Assembly: GCA_000708835.1 (NCBI GenBank)
Contig: DF237172.1
Span: forward strand, 62,001-126,000
DNA: 64,000 nt
Reading direction: 5' to 3'
Source: Klebsormidium nitens
Taxonomy: Eukaryota; Plantae; Klebsormidiophyceae
Shown in pieces: positions 1 through 10,331 of this stretch; position 1 is the first letter of the stretch; every line of letters begins with the position of its first letter. Under the pieces are notes generated by a model. That model searched no databases and was not told where the DNA came from. It was given only the letters and a program-made list of their open reading frames with translations. The position numbers and the translations under genes were made by a program.

Positions 1-1
1 G

Positions 2-223
2 GCCACGTGGGACCCCACGAGCGCGCGGCTCGCGATCGTGACGGGCACCGCGCGCGTGTTTCTGTGGGCGCCCGACGGCGCGTCGTGCGTGCACGTGCCT
101 TTAGCGGACTTTCACGCCGTCGGGCTGCGGTGGAACCCGGCGGGGAACGCGTTTGTGCTGTTAGATAAGGACACGTTCTGCTGCGCATTTGTGCCACGGA
201 CGGACGAATACGAGGGCCACTGA
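2..223 (+). CDS. WRAP73: WD-repeat protein WRAP73/WDR8 (centriole/basal body), last coding exon, 5' truncated by window edge
   Basis: Frame from base 2 reads ATWDPTSARLAIVTGTARVFLWAPDGASCVHVPLADFHAVGLRWNPAGNAFVLLDKDTFCCAF*. This matches the recalled WRAP73 C-terminus pattern WDP..PRLAICTG..RLYLWSP.G...V.VP..DF.V..L.W...G....LL.KD.FC.CF. Confidence 0.8.
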   Translation, partial: ATWDPTSARLAIVTGTARVFLWAPDGASCVHVPLADFHAVGLRWNPAGNAFVLLDKDTFCCAFVPRTDEYEGH

Positions 224-1512
224 GGGGCGACTGTCAGTTTCAATCGACCTTGCAGAGTCTAGTAAGCGTATATTTACCCACCCGAAGGTCCAATTCTTTG
301 CATATACAAGAAAATAAAGGTCTCTAGTCGTCTGCATGAGGTGTGTATGTACAAGCTTTGCCATCAGTCGACGTCATATGGTGTCTGACTATCACGTGCT
401 CAAATCAAGCTGGACGTGTAGTTCCATTCATGCATCAGATTGTGCGATTTAACGGTCAGGACCTGCCTCCATATGCAGTGCGTCTCACGTGGAGCTTCAT
501 GGTTTATATGTATCTAGTTTGATTAGCTGAGGTGGCATACAAGTGCCTCAGTGTGACCGACACGATAAGAGCACTGATTTTGCACTCAGTAGGATCAAGC
601 GGATTAGTCACAATACAGTAGTACGGTCACACGCGAAATGCAATGCGGCGGGTGCAACGGCCTCTTTCATATCAACGTCAATCCGGTCAGCTTTTGCAGT
701 CACACGACCGTCGTGCTGAATGATCATTTCAAACCCATAATTAGTTCGGACGGTTCACAAACCGAAGAACTTGCTTATACTTTGTATAGCTACTGAGCAC
801 GATCAGGGTCCAACAGATGAAATACCTTGCATTAGTTGCAGATCCGGATTAAATCTGCACACATGCATACTGAGCGTGATGCACCGTACATTTTGCATAT
901 GCCGACGTACATGGGGGTGGATATACAAAGTTCGGGGCACGGTTACATACAAATTCTCTCCCGCCAGCGCTGTGCATGTCGTGGATCCCCTGATCGAACA
1001 TGATATGTGCGAGCCCCGGCCAGCCATGCATGCCCATGCACCAATAGGTAGTCGAGTATGCCATGCCCACTATGATGGTGAATATGGGGCATCTTTTTGA
1101 ATTTCGATCAATACTCAGTCATAGCATGAGCACACGACTGAGTTTTATGGATGTCAGATCGCGACCGTACCACACTCCTTAGTAATGCAGATCTCATGCA
1201 GCGGCTTGGAGCTGCCGAGATAGTCGCATTCGCGAATTATACGCATACCAACACCTTCTGTTGGCGTCCGCAGCGCCCAAATGCACATGACAGAGGCCCG
1301 GCCCGGCCCAGTCTTCGTTGGATTGGCAATTGCCGTCTGGATTTTTGAGCGCTGGGCCCCGCAGCAATGCAAGTAGGTCAACAAAATACCAATTATTGAG
1401 TCATGCTGATGTCAACGGACTCTTACACCGAGGGTTCTGGTTAGACGGTACGTGACCAAACTCGTCCTCAACCTTGCAGATTAGATTCTTATTCTACTAA
1501 GATACAACCTCG

Positions 1513-1553
1513 GTGACCAATGCACTAGTGCTTAAGTGACCAATGCACTAGTG
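1513..1553. repeat. Perfect 18-bp direct repeat (GTGACCAATGCACTAGTG) separated by CTTAA
   Basis: 1513-1530 is identical to 1536-1553; downstream of the HD-Zip stop codon. Confidence 0.9.
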
Positions 1554-1838
1554 TCTACCATATCCACATCCAGGCCCACCTGTGAAGGAGTCAAGCTTGA
1601 CCTTGTTACTCCCGAGACAACTCTTTGCCGCACGCTTGCTGCATCCTTCCAAAGAGCCAGACCTCCGCCCATTGCCTATCTTATTCTACTCTCAGCTTCA
1701 AGAGCACAAGTGAGCATAACGTTCGTGCTTAACAAAGGAGCTACAGAGGGCTTGACGCCGGCTGCATCAGAGCAAGCCCCCATCCTCATCCCTACCCTCG
1801 AACCCAACCCTTCACAGGAGCTCAATCCCGTTTTGGGA

Positions 1839-4800
1839 CTACGACACACTGACAGTGTGCTGCTCGGAATCAAGCCCGCTCTCTTGCTTATCAAATACCA
1901 GCCCTCCCTCAGTGAGCTGGATGTGGAGGGCGCTGGCCTCAGCGTTTGACAGTGTCTCCTTGCACTTTACACACACAGGCGCTTCCGCACCGAACTCCCG
2001 ACGGTCGTCTCCACTTGAGGCCGGTGGCCGGGACTTGAGCGCGATGACCTCCTTTTGTAACCGCCGGTTCTCTTCCGTCAGCGTTTCGCAGCACCGCTTC
2101 AGGACCTCGCAGTCGATCTCCGTCTGCTTCAGCTTGGTCCTGAAGAGAGAGCGAAGGACGTTTGAAAAAGTGACCGGTATCCAAAGCACTTCCACTTTGC
2201 TGTCTTCACGACAAAAGTCTCAAAGAAGTTCCCTCTCAGCTATCCTTTTGGCAGTTTTGGGCTATGTTCTCCAGTTCTGGTCCTGGCAGCATAGCGCTCC
2301 TCGAGATAATGCACAAACCCAAGACCTCAGAAACACGGTAGCACTTGAGACGTTGGCCATTAGTTAGATTGGATATACCCACAACTCAAGTCCGCAGGTT
2401 TCTACGGTTTTACACACCATCTTTCTATCTTCCAGCAAAGCGCCAAACAGACAGAACCATCACACTTCCAACAGAAAGAATCGGAAGATTCCTTTGTACG
2501 GGAAGCAAGTAACGAGAACGCCTAGTGCCGCGTAAAAGCGCTTCGACCGCAGGATGCCGGTGCAAAACTTCGCTACTTTTCGGGTCCCGATAACTGCCTG
2601 TTATGGCTTCTCATGCACAAACTACTTCCTTACCCTAACCCGCATACGTTTGTTGGTCCGCCAGTTCTTATCTCTGGTTCCGATTCAGGTCGCAATCTGG
2701 ACGAGGGCCCTCACCTGGCTCGTCTGTTTTGGAACCACACTTCGACCTGCCGGGGCCGCAGGCCTAGCCGAAGCGCAAGCGCGTTCTTTTGCTTCTGCAA
2801 CACAGAAAATCTCGGTTCAGCACCACAGACCCCTCGACAGAGCGGCACTCTGAAGGCACAGTGCATGTTGGAAAACCTCCGCAGAGGGTGAAAGAGGATA
2901 TGCACTTGTCTGGTGATCAGAATGCACCCGAGAGTGTCTGTGAAGCAAAGTTTGTTGATCATCAAGCAGATGATTGGCCGAAGCAGGTGAAAAGTTTCAC
3001 CCACACCCTGTGCTTTGCCTAAACCCGATTGCACAAAGATCACACGTCCCCTTTCAAGCATCAGCGCACGTTCACGAAAAGGCGGATGTCTGAGGACAGT
3101 TTAAACGGAAGCTTCTTCAAGTGGCAAAACCTCTGTACTGCTATCAAAACGAAATCTCTTTTCTAACCGAGGGGGGAGCCTCGTAACCGAGACAAAAGGC
3201 TGCACAACAGGACCGTTGGCGAACCCCATGGCAAGCCCTGATACTCCTCGCGAATCAAATCAACTACTCACAGCTTTCGTTCCTAGCTCACTGCACAAAT
3301 AAGCCACCAAGCAGACAACTCAAGCAACAGCTCACTCTCTGCAGAGAAGGAAGCGCACAACAAGCTCTACAACAGGGCGCTCTGGCGGCTTTACCAAACC
3401 CCTTTGCACCCCCTTGACCACCACCTAACTGGACTCTGAAGCCAGCTTAGCCAAACGCCTTTACAAGATGATCAACGCGAGCCCTTGTGATTGTTCACCG
3501 CCTTTTCCACACAAAGCCATGAGGCATTGCCTCTCGCACGCATCATAATCCGCCCAAGACTCAGCATACAATGCAAGCAGAGGTTACTAATCCTGAGAAC
3601 CAAGACAAACACACGGAGGCCAGACGAATGGACCTGAATGGCATGTCTAATGAGCAACTTGATGTTATGACTTGGCATGTTTGAGCCCACGGCAGCGTTG
3701 CTGACCCCGCTGCTAACAACCATCGACCAATTCGCTAACCACTGCCAATCACCACAGAAGGAGCACCTGCCCCCGCACCTGGCTGTAAGTGCTCTGCTCT
3801 TTGGAGGCAGAATAGGCAACGAATGGAACCCACTGAGAAACTGACAAATGCACCGTCAAACCACAGATAAGAGGACCATCACTGGCGAAAAAGCGGCTCA
3901 TCCTTGCGCGACTCACCGGGCTGTGCGTGGACTGCTCGTTGAAGGCGGCCTCCAGCTGCTGGCTCTGCTCCTTGCTCAACCGCATCTTGCGGTTCTCCTC
4001 GCTGCTGTCGCGGTCCCGCTTGCGACCACTGCGCTGCTTCGGCTCCTCGTTGTCGTCCTTCTCCTCGGCGGCAGGTTGAGCTGCGTACCCTTGTTTCCCT
4101 GCCTCACGGTCACGGGGTTGGGATGCATATCCTTGTGCGCCCCCCTCGTGCGGGGGGTCCTCCTTGGCCGCTAGCTGCGCCGTGGGGATGGGAGCAGGGG
4201 GGAAATGTACCCCCAGGTGGGAGGAGAACGGTTTCAAATGGTCCGAGAGCTTCTTCTCGATGTGCGAGATGCCGGGGTAGATGAAAGTCTCGTCCTTCTT
4301 GGCGGGGGGTGCGATTGCAGGTTGAGGCAGCCCTGCGCAATCAGGGGAAGGGTGCATGATCAGTGTCAAGAGGGGGGTGCATCGGCGAGCAGGAGTTTTG
4401 CTCTCTCCAGCCTTTTCTCTCCCCCCCTTAGCAGCAACTCCCCTCAGATAGAACCTGGCCCCTACTCACTTGATCAATGGGTGGCACGAACACGCGTCCA
4501 TTGCATGGACAACGCTCAGAAACCTCAACCAAGTGAGTGCTGCCACACCAGGACTCCAACAAGTTCCTTGAAGGCGCATGCATTATTAACATAAGCTGGG
4601 AATGATGCATTTCTCAAATTTTGAACCATCCTGGTCCCCGTCGGCAGAACCAAAGAGTCGGGGACTGTGAAATGCCTCTTGTCTGTAGATTGGGACGTTA
4701 GCACCAAGCGAAGCCCTATTAATCACGACTTCAAAGTGAAAAGCAGATGCTACAACCATCGTCAATTGATTCTTCCCCACCCTGGTCCAGCAACAATCTT

Positions 4801-6291
4801 TTTGAGTAGAAGGATTGCTACAGAGAATGCAATCGCTTGTCCGGTGTGCACCGCAAAGTATGACAGAAACGGCTGAGCGCAGAGCATCTAAATTGGGTGC
4901 TGCTTCTTATAGGAACTTTGGACAGCATAGCTGGAACCTTGAAGAATGCTGTATGCTGGACACAAGTTCCAGATGAACACCGTGGATAATGCAGTCAACA
5001 AGGAATTTGAGAAGAGACCACTGTGCATTTTGTGATGCAAGTGTTTTCACAAAACTAAAAGGGAGCCACCTACGAGGGCCGACCTAACCGCAATTGTTTC
5101 CAGCTCATTCAACCAAACGCCTCATGTTGGCGCACAAGGACATTCCTATGGGCCTGTGATCGGATTCAGCATTAACCAATAGCTGACTCCGACAGCCAAG
5201 TACGTCAGCAGCTTTTACAAGGAAGCTGCTTAAGAACCACACGCAAGGCCCAACGATTTCAGAGAACATCGACCTCGTAAGAACAAGATGCCCTCAGTTG
5301 CCTGCCTAGCAAGGTTGTCACTCACCCAAGCATACACTATCCAAGTTACCATACATTTGCAATATACTGGCATCCTAGCGATGCAGGCTTCTCTACCAGC
5401 TCATGGGATGGCCAAAGCCGAAGTGCCCTCCTCCCCGCAATGATGAAAACAACTGCCCTCAGCCTTTGCTCTCAGGCTTCCCCTGCTTTTGTTCAAGAAT
5501 GCATAATGCACGTCCATGCAGTGGAACCCAAGCACCTCGTGTATGAGCTCCCGAGCATCTACGAGAGACCAGAACCTTCTTCTAATCTGCAGCGCACCTC
5601 TAGGGGCTGGCACGAAGAAGCAACAGGATTGATACATAATGCACCTCCTCCAATTCAGGAAGAGCACCTAAGGACAACCATGCGCATGCATATGAAGCAG
5701 TCTATGCAACGTCAATCTTCTGCTTGCATACAACGTACCTCCTCCTGACGATCCCACAGGCAGCAGCGGCAGCATGGCCTGCGTCTTTTGGACGGGCGAC
5801 GATCTGATGTCCCCAGCGAATGCCTGCAGGTTCTCTAGAGAATAAGCTGAGCTCCCAAGCACCGGCTGCTGCCGCTGCGGCCGGCCCCCCCCAGTCAAGA
5901 ACACCGGGAAATCAATAACCCCATTCATCTGCGATGTGGTTGCTTGCATCCCCTGAGGGAAGAAATCGCCCCCATGCAGCCCGGACCCTGCCCTGCTCAA
6001 AGTGGGGAATGCGCCCAAGCTCACGGTAGCAGGAGAGGAGCTGTTGAAGGAGCTCGTGCTGCTCCGCAAGCCAACAAAATCAGACACAGTTGGCTGCGAG
6101 AGGCTGAGCTGGAAGCTGTTGGATGGCTCTTGAGCTGAGGGCATCAGCTGATTGCCAGAAGGCTGTCTTCCCAATCCAACAGGCTCTGCCTGTGGTTCCC
6201 TGACTGCCGGCACTCCAAGTAGGGACGCAGCCAGAGACTTCATCCGGTCCAGCTCCGCTCGCAGCCGCTCGTTTTCTTCTGAGAGCAGCAT
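1839..6291 (-). CDS. Class II homeodomain-leucine zipper (HD-Zip II) transcription factor, 4 exons, ~449 aa
   Basis: Exons 6291-5739, 4332-3917, 2794-2715, 2139-1839; all GT-AG, 1350 nt total, frame continuous. Homeodomain [25 protein letters not shown]|[27 protein letters not shown]|[31 protein letters not shown], then CVKCKE (CPSCE-like). The 80-bp helix-3 exon is typical of HD-Zip II. The first exon is less certain. Confidence 0.9.
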
Positions 6292-6799
6292 CTTGTCCGC
6301 GAGAAAGAGGCAAGCCTTTGGGGGGGGTTGGGAGGGAGCTCCCTCAAACAGATGCTCTTGTATCTTTAGGGGTGTGAACAGCACAAGTTAACAAGATAGA
6401 TACCGCCGTCCTTTTCCTTTGTCCTGTCATAGGCACCATTCTGTGTGGAAAGCCCGAGCCCACTTCTGAGATTGTATCCTAGAGAAACCTGGCCTGGAAA
6501 GGGCTGGAATTCTGCATCCATTATTCGCGAGTTCAGAATTCCAGGTCCGGTTGTCCCCAGTCTTGATTTCTGACAGTGACACATTTGCTGTCAAGGAACC
6601 GTCAACTTGGGAGTTCAGAAAAGACTGACAGTGAAGTTGAATGCCCCTTGGTGCAAAGCAGGAGCCCAGGGCCAGGGCCCAGGCTTGCGAAGAGCACGGT
6701 CGGTATGGTGACCGAACTGACCGGTGGATCTGGAACAAAACATGGAAAAACAGCCTAAAAACTTCCATGCAAATCATTACCTGAAAAGATAACCGAAGT

Positions 6800-6875
6800 G
6801 GGACGGGTAGGGTTACTTTGGGCCCTGGGGCAGGTTGGATAGGAGTGCGGAACAGGAATCTTCTTGGGTTAGGGG
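6800..6875 (+). repeat. G-tract dispersed element, copy A (degenerate)
   Basis: gggacgggtagggtta...gtgcggaacagg...ttgggttagggg aligns to copies B-G. Confidence 0.6.
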
Positions 6876-7344
6876 CCACCTCGTTAATGGGACCAAATAA
6901 CACAAAATGTTATTATTATGTTATTATGTAATATACGGTACTTGTTCAGGCTTCAGCGGCCAGCCTCAAAATTACGGTATGGCCCAAGTTTGGTATTGAT
7001 GACTGGCCGACCGGTACATTGTGTCAAGACATGAAACTGCAAATCGTACGGCCCGCCAACCGGGGCACGCCGCACCCTATCATGTGTCACTGTTGACACC
7101 AATCCGGTTCTGCCAATTAATAGCTTGGTACGCAACAATGAAGATACAGCATGTAGTACACGTCACGGTATGTACCTTGGGACTTGGAAGCTTACCGGTG
7201 CTAGTGTTTTCACGAGGCCGCAGAGAAATTCAGGGAACCCAAAGTGGTACGTAGAACAGCCCGGTTATCGGCAACCCCGTACGAATCACGTTGGTAACTG
7301 CCCTTTTACTTACGAGCAATTTCACTTTAATTATAGGATAGGCG

Positions 7345-7440
7345 CCCGGGAGACGGGTAGGGTTGGTTGGATGGTTAGGGTGGATTTGCGTGCGGAGCGG
7401 GTGATTCTCTTGGTTAGTTTTGTTTTAGTTTGTTTGCCCG
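7345..7440 (+). repeat. G-tract dispersed element, copy B
   Basis: cccgggagacgggtagggttggttggatggttagggtggatttgcgtgcggagcgggtgattctcttggttag. Confidence 0.8.
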
Positions 7441-7974
7441 AGTAGCCCGGATCTTAAATGAAATGGCTCTAATATGTGAAATCGGAGTTACCAGTATGTA
7501 CGAATCCAAAAGATGCTCACACGATCTGACACGTTTTTCCTGCGAAAAACAACCGGGGCAAATTGATCAACCCGGGTTCCAGAGCGAAACCCGATGTCCG
7601 GTTTCGGAGCGGCCCCGCACCAACAATCCGCACAACTCTGTTAGACCCTGCGCCAACCACGTCCAAGCCCCAGGTACACTTCGTAGGACTAGAGACGCGG
7701 GCTTCAGGTAATATGGCTAGAAATCGCTAGAATCCCAATCGATCTTACACCGAGGGCCGACACCCGAGCTCGTCAGTCGTCACGGTGTTGTCGGAACAAT
7801 CAGCATTCATATGATTGAAACAATGATTTTCATAAATGTACAGGCGTCCTCCACATGGCACCTTGCCTTGGCAAATCAACCATGAGCTCCTATCCGTACA
7901 TCATGGCATCTCCGAAAAACCCGGCCACATTTGAGTGAGCTGGGTCCAGGGATGGAGGGTCCGACAATCCACCC

Positions 7975-8215
7975 GGTACAATACCGGCTCCTGTGTCGTG
8001 AAGTAGGTACCTACCGTACCGTACTCCGGACACGGCAGTGCTGAGTTGAGTCACACAGGTACCTATCTACCGGTAGTGAGTAGGTACCGCAGAGTACCGC
8101 CTGCGTGGGCCGTAGGTACCGTGGGCAGGGATACCGTGCACCTGAGTCCTGGGGTGTACCTAGGTACCGGTACCTGGAGAAGACGGTATTGTTTTGTGAC
8201 GTAACGGTACATACC
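7975..8215. repeat. GTAC/GGTACC-rich low-complexity tract
   Basis: About 12 GTAC words in ~240 bp (random expectation ~1). Confidence 0.7.
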
Positions 8216-8672
8216 TACTTCGTTTTGGCGTCGAGCAATAGTAGTGTCTACCCGGTGGGTTGTACTGGGGACTCCGAGGGCGACAGAACTTTGGACAAGA
8301 ATCAAAGCGCCCGGGCCCGGGTCGCTGGCTTGCTTTCCTGGGGCTCGCCGCGCTCGCCGAACCGAGGTGCGGATTCACGACGGTCGATCACGGCCCAATG
8401 CCCATCATGGGTCCTCTGCCCGGAGGCACGAGAATCTTTTCCGGCCGGGCACCTTGCACCGGGTGATTCTGGTAACACCGGCCAATTTAGCGCGTCCGCG
8501 CAAATATCTTCGACTCGAACGTCACAGGGGCCGGCCCGGGCCACCGGGGCCACCTGGCCAGGCCAGGCGCCCGGGTCGCGTCCGACTCGGCCCGGCGCGG
8601 CCAACCAGCCAACTTCTTGAAAGTTCTAACTGGCCCGATCGAGTCGCCCGACATTTGTGCTTGAGAAAAGGT

Positions 8673-8785
8673 CCCGGGGACGGGTATGGTTGGTTTGGGG
8701 GTTATGGTGGGTACGGGTGCGGAGCGTGTACTCTTGTTACTACCGTACGGTTAAATTGCGTTTTAGTTTGCTTTTTTGCCCCGGG
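8673..8785 (+). repeat. G-tract dispersed element, copy C, bounded by a short inverted repeat (CCCGGGG...CCCCGGG)
   Basis: cccggggacgggtatggttggtttgggggttatggtgggtacgggtgcggagcgtg...ttttagtttgcttttttgccccggg. Confidence 0.8.
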
Positions 8786-10331
8786 CGGATACCTATTTAC
8801 CTAGTGAACAAAGTGATTGGAGGGACAGCTTTTACGCCTGGCCATTGCACTGCACCGTCCGATGATGGATCTGCACCGGCCATATTGGCAATTGCATCAT
8901 TGATACGGTCCATGCGTGAAAGTGTTCGGAAGTCGGCGCGCTCGCACACCATCCTAAAATTTTGCTACCGGTAGCATCATGGTCATATTTGCTGAAATGG
9001 CCGGCCCGGAGTGCAGGCTGAGCGGGCGCGCTGCGCGCAGTGCAGGATTAGCGGGAGCCCGTACTAGTGTCACCGCCGGCCCGGGGCGGGCAGGGTTTTG
9101 CACACATGAATGATGATGAATACATGTGTCTTGCATTCTTGCATGGTGATCCTATTTAGGTATATGCCTTTTTACCATGACTACCTACTACCATGACTTT
9201 TGGGCATCATGCAAGTGCACATGCAACACTCCAAAGAACTAGTAGTTGAAGCCTTAAAAACCGAGTTTGCAATTCTATGAATGTTCTCTGATTCAGAACA
9301 CTGGGTAATTTCTGAGCCCAGCGCCTGGTGATTGCCTAAGCTTGAAGATCATCTTTTTCCTAAGTAGGACGTGCCCCGGATGGGCTGGCGGCTTAAGTTT
9401 AAAGGGATGTGTGTTTCTGGTGTTTGATCATTCGATGTGAGAGTTGAATCTTTCAATCAGTCGAAAAGATGTAGAAGCATTGCCCTGCGTCAAAAAGGAC
9501 ACACACAAAAATTGTACGCTACTAATGAGAACCATATGGCCGCACTGACTACGGCGTTACAAAAAGAAACCATCGTTTGTACTAAAATGTTGAACACGTT
9601 GGTTGAGCTTGAAGGGAGCCTGAAGGGAGCTTGAACTCATTCCAAAATCATCAAAATAAATGACACAATGATATATATACTAATTGACCTTCGCTATAAT
9701 TAAAGTGAGAGCTCAAAGTCCTTCGATTCCTTGAACGAACAAAGCCCTAAAGCTGTGAATTACACGGCCGAGAATTGCAACTTTGGCTATGTAACTTGCT
9801 GCAAAAAAAAAAGACAACCGCATGCAAGGGCCATATATGAATTCTGACCATCACCGACGCTTGGATTCCAACAATTATCCTTGATACTTAGCTAGGAGCA
9901 CACGAGGATCCACAAGGTTATAAGTACGTCGGATGACCGCAGTTTTTGACTAACCAGTGAAGAAACACACGTACTACCAAAAAGAAAGGCCCATTGTGAG
10001 CGGCGAGCACATAGCAGAGGCTCCTTCAATGATCCGCCAACGATCAGCCACTCTTCCGCGCATTTCTACTTTGGCAAGTGTCACCAGTCATCGTCTCAGG
10101 CTGTACAATCTTATGGACCTTGTCGATCATCTTTTTGACTTATGTTTTCAAGCCTATAATGTATCCTAAGCATCCCCGACTCCCCGGGCTGTTTGTACTC
10201 TCATCGCAAGCCAGTACCCTCTTCCAGTTCAGCAGCCCCCTGTACAGAGATGACAGCTGGCAATCTTAGCGCCGCGCACAACCGGAATCTCGACTTCAAT
10301 TAGATGCGTTATTATTTCTAGCAACGCCGTA

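Noticed and set aside
1421-1434. 14-bp match TCTTACACCGAGGG shared with 7744-7757
   Set aside because: Too short and the flanks do not extend; compatible with chance or a very old repeat.
8105-8804. Overlapping 171-186 aa ORFs in the GC-rich repeat block
   Set aside because: Pro/Arg/Gly-rich products expected from GGCCCG-rich DNA; no transposase or other motif seen.
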